Source: an uncultured Alphaproteobacteria bacterium (GTDB lineage: Bacteria > Pseudomonadota > Alphaproteobacteria > Bin95). Taken from it: 64,000 nt of DNA. The number at the start of each line of letters is the position of its first letter. Position 1 is the first letter of the stretch. The notes below the pieces were generated by a model. That model saw only the letters and a list, made by a program, of their open reading frames with translations, searched no databases and was not told where the DNA came from. Both the position numbers and the translations under genes were made by a program. Of this stretch, positions 10,312 through 20,181 are shown in pieces. The stretch covers positions 2,087-66,086 of the forward strand of contig CALLKY010000029.1 of the NCBI GenBank assembly GCA_938083135.1. The letters run 5' to 3'.

Positions 10312-11091
10312 ATGGCTGAGCGGCGATTTGAAGGCAAAACGGGATTTTTAACAGGTGGCGCCAAAGGCATTGGCCGGGCGACAGTCATGCGGTTCCTGGC
10401 CGAAGGCGGGCAGCTTGCAGTCTTCGACAAAGAACCCGGCGATAGCGCATTTGCCGACGCACTCCGTAAAGATGTTGGCGATGCGGCCAATCGGCTCTGC
10501 TACATCCAAACGGACGCGACGGATGAGGCCAGCGTGCAGGATGCAATCGCAGCGGCGAATGAGCAGGTCGGCCCGCCAGATATTCTGGTCAACAATGTGG
10601 GCTTCGGTGCCAATCCAAAGCCAATTGAGCAACTTGAACTGGATGAATGGCGCACGTTCATGGATATCAACCTGACCAGCATGTTCCTGATCACCCGCGC
10701 AGTCTTGCCCCAAATGCGCGCAAGGGGTGGCGGGCGGATTGTGAATTTGGCGTCTGTCGCAGGGCGCAGCATTTCTGAGATTTCAGCGCTGCATTACTCC
10801 ACGGCCAAAGCGGCTGTTTTAGGGTTCACACGCAAGCTGGCCTACGAAGAGGGGCCAAATAACATCACCGTAAATTCAGTGGCACCCGGCACAGTGTTCA
10901 CAGAACGCGTTGAAACGCGCTATCGCGCCCTGCCGCAGGACGAGCAGGACAAGCGTATGGATGAAATTCCCCTGAAGCGCGCCGCGCGGCCAGAAGAAAT
11001 CGCAGCCGCCATCCTCTTTCTCGCCTCAGATGATGCGAGCTATATCACCGGTGCTGCTATTGATGTGAACGGCGGCAGGTTCATGAGCTAA
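10312..11091 (+). CDS. SDR-family oxidoreductase
   Basis: TGGAKGIG Rossmann motif, NNVG, and a YxxxK catalytic region. Confidence 0.85.
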   Translation: MAERRFEGKTGFLTGGAKGIGRATVMRFLAEGGQLAVFDKEPGDSAFADALRKDVGDAANRLCYIQTDATDEASVQDAIAAANEQVGPPDILVNNVGFGANPKPIEQLELDEWRTFMDINLTSMFLITRAVLPQMRARGGGRIVNLASVAGRSISEISALHYSTAKAAVLGFTRKLAYEEGPNNITVNSVAPGTVFTERVETRYRALPQDEQDKRMDEIPLKRAARPEEIAAAILFLASDDASYITGAAIDVNGGRFMS

Positions 11092-11118
11092 TTTCGTTTC
11101 GCTGCCTGGAGTCCGCCT

Positions 11119-12531
11119 ATGTCCGCACCCCGCGCTATGTTCGACAAAATCTGGGACGCTCACGCCATCGTGGAGCGTGAAGATGGCCAGACGTTGCTTT
11201 CCGTTGACTGGCATTATTGCCATGAAGGGTCATTCCACGGCTTTAATTACCTGAAAGAAAACGACATTCCCGTCAGGCGGCCTGATCGCACACTGGGTAT
11301 GGCGGATCACTACGTGCCAACAACGTCTCGCTCATTGGATGATATCGGTGATCCAGAAATCCGGTCTGTGGTTGATGCGTTTGACGCGAACGGGAAGCAG
11401 TTCGGCGTGCGGGTCCTCGGCATCGACGATCCGAACCAGGGCATTATTCATGTGGTAGGGCCGGAACAAGGGCTATCTCAGCCTGGGTTGATTGTCGTTT
11501 GCGGCGACAGTCATACCTCTACCCATGGTGCCATGGGTGCAATGGCGTTTGGCATTGGTGCGTCTGAAGTGGCGCATGTTTTCGCAACACAAACGCTGTG
11601 GCAGGCAAGGCCGGAAGCGCTGCGGGTGACAGTGGATGGCGATCTGGCCACGTCTGTCACTGCGAAGGATGTGATCTTGGCAATTATTGCGCAGATTGGT
11701 GCTGCAGGCGGTGTCGGGTCCGCAATTGAATATGCCGGAAGTACAATCCGTAATCTGTCTATGGAAGGCCGGATGACAGTTTGCAACATGACGATTGAGG
11801 CAGGTGCCCGTTGCGGCATGATCGCGCCCGATGATGTGACGTTGCACTATCTGAAAGGCCGCCCGAACGCGCCGGATGATGCATCCTGGCCTGCCGCTGA
11901 AGCCTTCTGGCGGAGCTTGCCAAGCGACGCAAATGCCAAGTTTGACCGGGAAGTCACTTTGGATGCAGCCCTCATTCAGCCCATGGCCACTTGGGGCACG
12001 AGCCCAGAAGAAGGCGCTGGCGTTGGGGAGATGGTGCCGGACCCTGCAACAACCGATGATGCCGACCAGCGCGCCCAATATGAAGAATCATTAGAATATA
12101 TGGGCCTTAGCGGCGGCATGGCGATGGCTGACATCCCAATTGACCGCGCATTCATTGGTTCCTGCACCAATGGCCGGATTGAAGATTTACGCGCGGCAGC
12201 CGCTATCGCAAAGGGGCGCAAAGCCAAAGTGAATGTCATCGTTGCCCCAGGCTCAATGCCTGTGAAGCGACAGGCAGAAGCCGAAGGGCTTGATCGTATT
12301 TTCAAAGAAGCGGGCTTTGAATGGCGTGAGGCTGGGTGCTCTATGTGTGTTGGCATTAATGGCGATCTGGCAAACGCTGGCGAACATGTGGCGTCCACTA
12401 GCAATCGAAACTTCAAGGGCCGCCAAGGGCAGGGTGCCCGCACCCATCTGATGAGCCCAGCAAGTGCGGCGGCGGCAGCCATCCAAGGTCGGATCGGCGA
12501 TGTACGAGAGTTTGAGCCAAGGACACTCTGA
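11119..12531 (+). CDS. Aconitase-family dehydratase large subunit (LeuC-like)
   Basis: 470 aa with GIIHVVGPEQG, VVCGDSHTSTHGA, and the CTNGRIEDL / SMCVGINGD cysteine-ligand motifs. Confidence 0.85.
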   Translation: MSAPRAMFDKIWDAHAIVEREDGQTLLSVDWHYCHEGSFHGFNYLKENDIPVRRPDRTLGMADHYVPTTSRSLDDIGDPEIRSVVDAFDANGKQFGVRVLGIDDPNQGIIHVVGPEQGLSQPGLIVVCGDSHTSTHGAMGAMAFGIGASEVAHVFATQTLWQARPEALRVTVDGDLATSVTAKDVILAIIAQIGAAGGVGSAIEYAGSTIRNLSMEGRMTVCNMTIEAGARCGMIAPDDVTLHYLKGRPNAPDDASWPAAEAFWRSLPSDANAKFDREVTLDAALIQPMATWGTSPEEGAGVGEMVPDPATTDDADQRAQYEESLEYMGLSGGMAMADIPIDRAFIGSCTNGRIEDLRAAAAIAKGRKAKVNVIVAPGSMPVKRQAEAEGLDRIFKEAGFEWREAGCSMCVGINGDLANAGEHVASTSNRNFKGRQGQGARTHLMSPASAAAAAIQGRIGDVREFEPRTL

Positions 12532-13682
12532 TGGACTTCGCATTCGCACCAGAGCACATAGCACTGCGTGAAACCGTGCGCCGCCATATGGAGGTTGATG
12601 CAAAGCCCCATGCCCGGCATTCGGATGAAACTGAAACTTTCCCGCCACATCTGTTTAAGCGCTGGGGTGAGCTTGGCATTCTGGGCGCGCGCTACCCGGA
12701 AGAAGACGGCGGTGTGGGCATGGACAAAGTCTCCGACTGCATTATTCGAGAAGAAATTGCGCGGGTTAGTCAGGCCTACTGTGCCGCATTTTCTGCCCAT
12801 AGCCACCTAGGTATGTGGCCAATCTGGAAAGCCGGGACCGCAATGCAGCGGGAGCTGTATTTCAAACCCGCCGTACAGGGTGAGAAAGTCGCCTGCTTTG
12901 GCCTGTCCGAGCCCGATGGCGGATCCGATATCCGCGCAATGAAGACCCGTGCTGAAAAGGTAGATGGTGGGTGGAAGATCACTGGTGCCAAACTCTACAT
13001 CACCAATGCGCCCATCGCAGATTTCATGACCCTGGCCGCTCGCACAAAGCCTGACCTAACAATTGATGCGGTCAGCCTCTTCATCGTGGACCTGCCGGCG
13101 CAGGGTCTCGCAATTGATTCCCTCAAGAAGGAAGGCTTGCGCGGGTCTGAGACGGGCTTGATCCATATGGATGATCTGTTTGTCCCTGATAGCCATTTGC
13201 TCGGTGAGCGGGAAGGCACTTATTCTATTATTTTGGAAAGCCTGAGCGAGAACCGCGTTGGCGTGGCTGCATCAGTGCTGGGCCTTGCCCGTGGTGCCTG
13301 CGAAGAGGCCTTAGAATTCGCCAAAACCCGCATCGTGCGTGGCAAACCCATCATTGAATATCAGGCCGTCGCACACCGGTTGGCTGATATGGCGACTGAT
13401 ATCGAAATGGCACGGCTGATGGTCTATTGGGGCGCTTGGCAGGTCGATCAAGGCATCCTGTCGACGGCAAATGCCTCCAAGGTCAAACTGGTTGCCAGCG
13501 AAGCGGCACTGCGGGTGAGTGAGAACGCTATTCGCATCATGGGTGGTGCTGGAATTATGCGAGACCATAGCGTTGGCATGCACCACCGGGATGCGCTGGT
13601 TTACGTCATTGGTGAAGGCACCAGTGATATCCAACGGAACATCATCAGCCGCGCACTCAAAAAAGATGAATTGGAGCTTTAG
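12531..13682 (+). CDS. Acyl-CoA dehydrogenase
   Basis: 383 aa with ACAD N-terminal, middle and C-terminal features (GLSEPDGGSD, YITNA). TGATG overlap with the upstream gene. Confidence 0.9.
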   Translation: MDFAFAPEHIALRETVRRHMEVDAKPHARHSDETETFPPHLFKRWGELGILGARYPEEDGGVGMDKVSDCIIREEIARVSQAYCAAFSAHSHLGMWPIWKAGTAMQRELYFKPAVQGEKVACFGLSEPDGGSDIRAMKTRAEKVDGGWKITGAKLYITNAPIADFMTLAARTKPDLTIDAVSLFIVDLPAQGLAIDSLKKEGLRGSETGLIHMDDLFVPDSHLLGEREGTYSIILESLSENRVGVAASVLGLARGACEEALEFAKTRIVRGKPIIEYQAVAHRLADMATDIEMARLMVYWGAWQVDQGILSTANASKVKLVASEAALRVSENAIRIMGGAGIMRDHSVGMHHRDALVYVIGEGTSDIQRNIISRALKKDELEL

Positions 13683-14926
13683 CTCCCGCCTACATTGGCC
13701 GGTTCAATTATTTGAAGCTGACCATTTCGGACCCCGATGATTGCGTAGCGACGGACGGCGACACCGTCTCTGGTCAACCGAAATGGCCCTTGCACACCTT
13801 GAAATCCGCCAGCAAGGGTTAGGTCATGGTTTCCCAGGCCAGCACCCCGTGCAGATTGGGCCGCGAGGGCGACAGTCGCGGTAAGGTCATAGACCAGCGC
13901 TGCACCACGGGCTGGCGGTTTGCCATAGGCCGATTGGTAGCGTTGACGGAAACTGCCGGTGTAACGCGGGTCGTATCCTGCATAAGCCGATCGCGCGAAC
14001 GCTGGCAGGCTGGCGAGATTAGCGCCATCCCATTCCGGCCCGCCTAGCAGCGGCGCTGCACCGCTCATAATGGCGCTAAGGTCCGCATTCAGGGTCGGCA
14101 ATGCTTCAGCAGGGAACGGCAGGAACAAAGCCCCATTGCCCTCTAAAGACTGGAGCGCGGAGGCAAGGGTGGCCCGCCGCGCGTCACCGTTAGCTTGTGC
14201 CGGTACAGAAGCTTGGCCAGCCACACGAATGCCGCGCACCTGTGCAGCTGCTTGCATGCCTGCAAGCGCTGCACGACCAGCGGCATCGTCGGGTGCTACA
14301 CATGCAATCACGCGTACACCTTGTTGGTGCGCATAGTCGATAATACGGGTCGCGGCAGCCTGTGGCGCGTGGCCTGCAGCGAATACGCCAGGTTCTGCCG
14401 CGCTTCGATCCCCCGTCAATAGCAGCAGTGGCGTGCCGGACCCAACAGTCGCCCGTGCAGCAGCAATGGCACCAGATGGCGTCACAGGACCGATGAGGAC
14501 GGTGGCACCGGCTGAAAGCGCATCCACGGCAGCCGCAGCAGCCCCTTCAGGCGTGGCCTGCGTGTCCCGGGGTAGGAGCTCGATCTGCCGCGTGATCTGC
14601 GCATCAAAAAGTGCGAGTGCGGCGGCATCTGCAAGGCTTTTCCCATATGCGGCGTAAGGACCAGATAGCGGCAACAGCAAGCCAACGCGGATTGGCGCGT
14701 TACTCTGCGATGCCTGTCGCGAAGCTGATGTTTGGTACGCGGAAAGGCGTCCTTCAGACCAACGGCGATTCCGCGGATCAGCCTGATTGGTCGGGCTCGC
14801 CACGGTTGCTTGCCTGGGGTTTGAGGCGGTAATCGGTCGTGCAGCGTCACATGCTGCTAGCGCAAAAAGACCAGCAGTCAGGGCCGCAATCCGGGTGAAT
14901 GCAAATATGCCGCGCTGATCAGGCAT
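13679..14926 (-). CDS. LpoA-like penicillin-binding-protein activator lipoprotein (PBP1-fold periplasmic binding domain)
   Basis: Lipobox LFALAAC, a Leu/Ile/Val-binding-protein-like fold, and a position divergent from rsmI-yraN that matches the conserved lpoA/rsmI arrangement. Confidence 0.55.
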   Translation of the reverse strand: MPDQRGIFAFTRIAALTAGLFALAACDAARPITASNPRQATVASPTNQADPRNRRWSEGRLSAYQTSASRQASQSNAPIRVGLLLPLSGPYAAYGKSLADAAALALFDAQITRQIELLPRDTQATPEGAAAAAVDALSAGATVLIGPVTPSGAIAAARATVGSGTPLLLLTGDRSAAEPGVFAAGHAPQAAATRIIDYAHQQGVRVIACVAPDDAAGRAALAGMQAAAQVRGIRVAGQASVPAQANGDARRATLASALQSLEGNGALFLPFPAEALPTLNADLSAIMSGAAPLLGGPEWDGANLASLPAFARSAYAGYDPRYTGSFRQRYQSAYGKPPARGAALVYDLTATVALAAQSARGAGLGNHDLTLAGGFQGVQGPFRLTRDGVAVRRYAIIGVRNGQLQIIEPANVGGS

Positions 14927-14997
14927 GAAACGTCCGCACTCTGGTTCTCCCTGGCCTATAATACCGCGACCCGCAGCAAGCCGCCGAGGCGACGATC

Positions 14998-15867
14998 TTG
15001 CCGATAGACAGTAACACCGCGTCCAAGTCTCTAGCTGCTGGGCTATACATCGTCGCTACACCTATCGGCAATGCGCGGGATATCACACTGCGCGCGCTTG
15101 ATGTCCTTTCTGGGGCAAATGTGATCGCGGCAGAAGATACACGCGTGACGCGGCGCTTGCTGGATATCCATGGGATCAAAGCGCCCGAAATTATCCGCTA
15201 TGATGAGCATGTAGCGGAACGCGCCCGCCCGATCTTGCTTGCCCGCGTCGCTGCCGGTGAAGCCGTCGCTTTAGCAACAGACGCGGGCACACCGCTTGTT
15301 TCCGACCCGGGTTACAGGTTGGCAGCCGCTGCAATTGCGGAAGGCCTGAAGGTTATTCCGATCCCGGGCGCATCTGCACCGTTAGCGGCATTGGCTTTAG
15401 CAGGACTGCCATCCGACAGGTTCCTTTTCGCCGGATTCGCGCCGAACAAGTCCGGTCAGCGCCGGAAATGGCTGGCAGAGATTGCAGAAACGCAAGCAAC
15501 ACTCATTTTGTTTGAGAATGCGAAACGGCTGGCATCATCGTTGAATGACATGGCCGCCGTCCTGGGCGACCGCCAGGCGTGTGTCACCCGGGAGCTAACC
15601 AAGCTCTTCGAAGAAGCCCGGCGCGGAACTTTGAGCGAGTTAGCGGGGCATTATGCTGAATCAGGACCACCAAAGGGTGAGGTGACCCTTGTCATCGGAC
15701 CGCCTGAACCGGTTGAGCTTGATGAGACTGCGTTGGATGACCTGCTTGCAGACCTACTAAACACGCTGTCGGTAAAGGATGCCGCCACCCAGGCTGCTGA
15801 ACGCACAGGCGCACCCCGCAAACAGGCTTATCAGCGCGCACTCGCGATCAAACAGGACAAGGTGTGA
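14998..15867 (+). CDS. rsmI: 16S rRNA (cytidine1402-2'-O)-methyltransferase
   Basis: GLYIVATPIGN and the tetrapyrrole-methylase-like motifs EDTR/DAGTP. Confidence 0.9.
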   Translation: MPIDSNTASKSLAAGLYIVATPIGNARDITLRALDVLSGANVIAAEDTRVTRRLLDIHGIKAPEIIRYDEHVAERARPILLARVAAGEAVALATDAGTPLVSDPGYRLAAAAIAEGLKVIPIPGASAPLAALALAGLPSDRFLFAGFAPNKSGQRRKWLAEIAETQATLILFENAKRLASSLNDMAAVLGDRQACVTRELTKLFEEARRGTLSELAGHYAESGPPKGEVTLVIGPPEPVELDETALDDLLADLLNTLSVKDAATQAAERTGAPRKQAYQRALAIKQDKV

Positions 15868-16244
15868 GGCAAACGAGCGCAAAACGTCGGAAGCATGAAG
15901 CGCTTGGCCGGTTTAGTGAAACGTTGGCCGCCTGGCGATTGCGGTTCGCCGGATATCGCATTGTGGCCGAGCGGGAGAAGACCCCTTTCGGAGAGATTGA
16001 CCTGATCGCTGTTAAACGCGGGCTCGTCGCAATTGTAGAGGTGAAGGCGCGGCCTGACCTTCGCCGCTGCATTGAAACCGTGTCTGCCCGTCAGCGATAT
16101 CGGATTGAGCAAGCGGCAGGATAGCTCATCGCACAACGCCCAGCTTTACGGCAACGCCAAATGCGCTTTGATATCATAGGCGTCATACCCTACCGTCTAC
16201 CAATCCATGTAAAAGATGCATGGCGTCCCGGTAGGGGCATGTAG
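15864..16244 (+). pseudogene. yraN: UPF0102 YraN-family gene interrupted by an in-frame TAG at 16122..16124
   Basis: The N-terminal 86 aa (GEIDLIAVK...VAIVEVKAR) stop at TAG. The same frame continues LIAQRPALRQRQMRFDIIGV..., which carries the conserved C-terminal RFD-hh-V motif. TAG probably replaces a Trp codon (TGG). Confidence 0.6.
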
Positions 16245-16272
16245 CAGTGCAAAGGCACGTTTGGAGCGGCGC

Positions 16273-17121
16273 ATGACGCGCGAAGACAATCCGGAATGGG
16301 CGGCAGACCCCCTGGCATTCCTGGCTGAGCTTGGCAAAGCCGATGACGAGGCTTTCGATCCTGGCGTCGCTGCGCTCGCCTTCGCCGCACTGAAGCGCCC
16401 CCACACAGCGTTCGGCCGTTACGAGGCGCATCTGCATGAGTTGGCGAATGCGGCTGCGGGACATGCCGCACATACCGGCACGGCAGCGGAGCAGGCAGCA
16501 GCACTGACCCATGCGATCTATGAGAGCAACGGCTATTCGGGCGACACCCTAACCTATGACGACCTACAGAACGCCGACCTGGTGCGAGTCATTGATCGCA
16601 AAAAGGGCCTGCCGGTCGCTCTTGGAATTCTGTGCATGAGCGTCGCGTACCGGTTAGGCTGGAGCGTCGTTGGCTTAGCTTTTCCGGGGCATTTTCTGCT
16701 GCGTCTAGATCACGGCGGCGAACGCCTGGCGCTTGATCCGTTTGAAAGCGCCCGCGTGCTGGATGCTGCAGGGATGCGGGACCTGTTAAAGCGCATGCAA
16801 GGCGAGGGGGCCGAACTGACCGCAGAGCACTATCAGCCTGTCACAAACCGCGATGTGCTTCTGCGCCTGCAGAATAACATCAAACTCAGGCAGCTGCGCA
16901 CGGCTGATATTCCGGGGGCATTAGAGACGGCAGAGGCCATGCTCGCTTTTTCCCCAAGCACCGTTGAGCTTATGCGCGAAACGGCGATGATGCATATGCG
17001 GCTTGAGAATATCGGCCAGGCCATTCGTGGGTTCGAGCGTTACTTAGCTGCGGAGCCAGAAGAAGGCCTTCGCCATAAAGCGGCAAAACTGCTGCAAGAA
17101 CTCAAACTCCGGCTAAATTAG
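16273..17121 (+). CDS. Transglutaminase-like/TPR protein (SirB1, UPF0162-like)
   Basis: GLPVALGILCMSVAYRLGW and PGHFLLRL motifs, with TPR-like helices at the C-terminus. Confidence 0.55.
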   Translation: MTREDNPEWAADPLAFLAELGKADDEAFDPGVAALAFAALKRPHTAFGRYEAHLHELANAAAGHAAHTGTAAEQAAALTHAIYESNGYSGDTLTYDDLQNADLVRVIDRKKGLPVALGILCMSVAYRLGWSVVGLAFPGHFLLRLDHGGERLALDPFESARVLDAAGMRDLLKRMQGEGAELTAEHYQPVTNRDVLLRLQNNIKLRQLRTADIPGALETAEAMLAFSPSTVELMRETAMMHMRLENIGQAIRGFERYLAAEPEEGLRHKAAKLLQELKLRLN

Positions 17122-17149
17122 AATATCCGAAGCGGAAGGCGTTTAATCT

Positions 17150-18316
17150 TTGTTGATCAATCCATTATTGGCGTCTGTTGAGACGCCACCTGTCGCTTTG
17201 GTGCAAAGCTGGGTCAAAGAACGAGACTTCCCAGACGGACGCCCGCTGCTTGATCTCGCGCAGGCCGCGCCCGGATGGCCTATGGCTGCACCGCTGGTCG
17301 CTCACATCACAGAGGCCATCCAGAAACCTGAGACAGCACGTTATGCGCCGATCCTTGGAGAACAGCCCCTCCGTCAGGCGCTCGCTGATGAGATGACCGC
17401 ACTATATGGCGGTACCATCCAGGCGGAGAATGTAGCGATCACAAGCGGCTGTAATCAGGCCTATGTGGCGGCAATCATGGCGCTGGCCAAAGAAGGCGAT
17501 GCCGTGATGTTGCCCACACCTTGGTACTTCAACCACAAAATGACCCTGGATATGTTCGGCATTAAGGCTATCCCGCTCCCATGTGCAGCTGATGCCGGGA
17601 TGCTGCCGGACGTGGCGGCAGCAGAAAAGCTGATCACACCTCGCACCCGTGCAATCGTACTGGTGACGCCAAATAACCCAACGGGTGCGATCTATCCTTC
17701 GAGCCTCATTCAGCAGTTCGTGGCTTTGGCTAAAGCCCATAACATCAAGCTTATCATCGACGAGACCTACCGTGACTTCATTCCAGCAGGTGGCGCACCC
17801 CATGATGCGTTTAAGGCTGACACATGGGCCGATACGGTCATCCAGCTCTACAGCTTCTCCAAAGCCTATGCGATGCCGGGTTTGCGGGTCGGTGCAGTAA
17901 CGGCGGGCGCTGACGTGATCGGCCTCGTCCAGAAAGCGCTGGATTCCATTGCGATCTGTGCCAATGGTGCCGGGCAGGCAGCGGCGCTGTATGGCATTCG
18001 TTCGCTTGGCGAATGGAGAAATGGCAAGCGGCAGGAAATGGCGCTTAGGCTGGCTGCATTCCAACAAGCTATGAAACCTATCGCCAATCAATTCCCTATC
18101 GTTTCCGCTGGCGCCTTTTTCGCCTATTGCCGCCACCCATTTGAATTGTCCGCACTTGAGGCCGCAAAACGACTGGCAGATGAGGGCGCTATCATGGCGA
18201 TGCCTGGCTCTGCATTTGGGCCGGGGCAGGAGCAGATGCTGCGCTTTGCGTTTGGAAACCTAGCGCCGGAAGCAGCAGCAGCTATCGGGGAACGTTTGGC
18301 CGCACTCGCCCGGTAA
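17150..18316 (+). CDS. Class I/II PLP-dependent aminotransferase
   Basis: NPTG, YSFSKAYAMPGLRVG (PLP-lysine region), about 390 aa. Confidence 0.85.
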   Translation: MLINPLLASVETPPVALVQSWVKERDFPDGRPLLDLAQAAPGWPMAAPLVAHITEAIQKPETARYAPILGEQPLRQALADEMTALYGGTIQAENVAITSGCNQAYVAAIMALAKEGDAVMLPTPWYFNHKMTLDMFGIKAIPLPCAADAGMLPDVAAAEKLITPRTRAIVLVTPNNPTGAIYPSSLIQQFVALAKAHNIKLIIDETYRDFIPAGGAPHDAFKADTWADTVIQLYSFSKAYAMPGLRVGAVTAGADVIGLVQKALDSIAICANGAGQAAALYGIRSLGEWRNGKRQEMALRLAAFQQAMKPIANQFPIVSAGAFFAYCRHPFELSALEAAKRLADEGAIMAMPGSAFGPGQEQMLRFAFGNLAPEAAAAIGERLAALAR

Positions 18317-18392
18317 AGTTTTACTTGTTCCGAGGCGTCTGGTTCGCGCATTCTGCGGCAAAGAACAATTACGCCTGTTTGGGAGCATCCTG

Positions 18393-20150
18393 ATGGCCGA
18401 ATATTCTGCCCCGCTAAAAGAAATGCAGTTCGCACTTGAAGCCGTCGCAGGCCTCAAGGCTCTCACCCAACTCCCTGGCTTCGAAGATGCCCAGCCGGAC
18501 CTTGTGGCCGCTGCACTTGATGAAGCAAACAAGCTGGCGAATGGCGTGATATCCCCATTGCAGCGGGTCGGCGATATGCACCCTCCCGTGATCGAGAACG
18601 GCGTTGTCCGCACCTCACCTGGCTGGATCGACGCCTATAAGCAATATATTGAGGGCGGATGGAACGGACCTTCCGCTGATCCAGAGATCGGTGGCGGTGG
18701 ACTGCCCTCAGCCGTCGGAATGGCGCTGAATGAAATGTGGGGCTCCGCCTGCATGGCATTTTCGCTGGGGCCATTGCTGACCCAGGGCGCGATTGACCTG
18801 CTGGAAGCGCATGGGACGGACGCCCAAAAGGCAAAATACCTCCAAAAAATGGTCTCTGGCGAATGGACCGGCACGATGAACCTGACTGAGCCACAGGCTG
18901 GATCAGACGTCGGTGCTCTTCGCAGCCGCGCCCGCCCAGAGGGTGATCATTACCGCGTATCCGGCCAGAAGATTTTCATTTCCTATGGCGATCACGACAT
19001 GACCGAAAACATCATCCACATGGTGTTGGCCCGTATTGATGGCGCGCCTGAAGGTATTCGCGGCGTGTCGCTATTCCTCGTGCCGAAATTCCTCGTGAAT
19101 GATGATGGCACAATCGGTGCGCGGAATGACCTGCGCCCAGTATCGCTGGAACACAAAATCGGCATTCATGGCAGCCCAACCTGCGTGATGTCCTATGGAG
19201 ATAATGAGGGAGCCAAAGGCTGGCTGGTCGGCAAAGAGAATGGCGGCATTCAGGCCATGTTCACAATGATGAATAATGCCCGCCTTGGGGTTGGCTTACA
19301 GGGCCTTTCCATTGCGGAGACAGCGTTGCAACAGGCGACTGCCTTCGCGGCTGAACGGCGGCAGGGCAAGGACATTCAAACTGGCGAAGACAACGTACCA
19401 ATTGACCAGCATCCAGATGTGAAGCGCATGCTCGTCAACATGCGTGCTGAAACAGAAGCCATGCGTGCGCTCTGCTATTGGGTGGCTGCGCGTCTGGACG
19501 AGTCTCGGTTCATGCCCGATGCAGAAGACAAAGCGAAATCCCAGCGGATGTTGGATCTGCTGATCCCGGTCGTGAAGGCCTATTCCACGAACCGTGGCGT
19601 TGAGGTTGCCTCTACCAGCATTCAAATCCATGGCGGCATGGGCTTCATTGAGGAAACCGGTGTCGGCCAAGTTTGGCGGGACAGCCGCATTGCGCCAATC
19701 TATGAGGGTGCGAACGGCGTCCAAGCGATGGATCTACTTGGCCGCAAGCTTGGGCGCGACCAGGGTGCAGCCATGGGTGAGCTGATTGCTGATATTCGTT
19801 CAGAACTGGATGCCATCGGCGGCGATCTTGCGGCGACCAAAGAGCAGGTGCTTGAAGGCGTCAACGCCATGGAGCGCGCGACGGCCGGCCAAGTGGCAGC
19901 CTTCAATGATCGCATTGGTATCGCAGCCGCTGGTGCAGCCGATTACCTTGACCTGACAGGACGGGTTGTCTGCGCCTGGTTGCTTCTAAAGGGTGCGGCG
20001 GCGGCTCGGGATTGGGCGGCCGATGATGCGGCATTTGCAGAAAACCGCATCGCCATCGCCCGCTACTTCGCCACCCGTATGTTACCGCCTGCTATAGCAC
20101 TCGCAGCGACCATGGAAGACAGCGCAGAAGCCGTCATGGCCGTCGCGTAA
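18393..20150 (+). CDS. Long-form acyl-CoA dehydrogenase (about 585 aa, FadE/AidB-like with a C-terminal extension)
   Basis: MNLTEPQAGSDVG, GQKIFIS, and an ACAD C-terminal domain. Confidence 0.85.
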   Translation: MAEYSAPLKEMQFALEAVAGLKALTQLPGFEDAQPDLVAAALDEANKLANGVISPLQRVGDMHPPVIENGVVRTSPGWIDAYKQYIEGGWNGPSADPEIGGGGLPSAVGMALNEMWGSACMAFSLGPLLTQGAIDLLEAHGTDAQKAKYLQKMVSGEWTGTMNLTEPQAGSDVGALRSRARPEGDHYRVSGQKIFISYGDHDMTENIIHMVLARIDGAPEGIRGVSLFLVPKFLVNDDGTIGARNDLRPVSLEHKIGIHGSPTCVMSYGDNEGAKGWLVGKENGGIQAMFTMMNNARLGVGLQGLSIAETALQQATAFAAERRQGKDIQTGEDNVPIDQHPDVKRMLVNMRAETEAMRALCYWVAARLDESRFMPDAEDKAKSQRMLDLLIPVVKAYSTNRGVEVASTSIQIHGGMGFIEETGVGQVWRDSRIAPIYEGANGVQAMDLLGRKLGRDQGAAMGELIADIRSELDAIGGDLAATKEQVLEGVNAMERATAGQVAAFNDRIGIAAAGAADYLDLTGRVVCAWLLLKGAAAARDWAADDAAFAENRIAIARYFATRMLPPAIALAATMEDSAEAVMAVA

Positions 20151-20181
20151 GCAGCCAGAATAGTGATTCAGGGATAAGCCA

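Noticed and set aside
11976-12806. 276-aa minus-strand ORF spanning the LeuC-like/ACAD junction (also 11473..12078)
   Set aside because: It is antisense to two strongly supported genes. Its composition is Arg/Ala-rich and non-protein-like.
17402-18136. 244-aa minus-strand ORF opposite the aminotransferase
   Set aside because: It is an antisense artefact. The aminotransferase has clear PLP-enzyme motifs.
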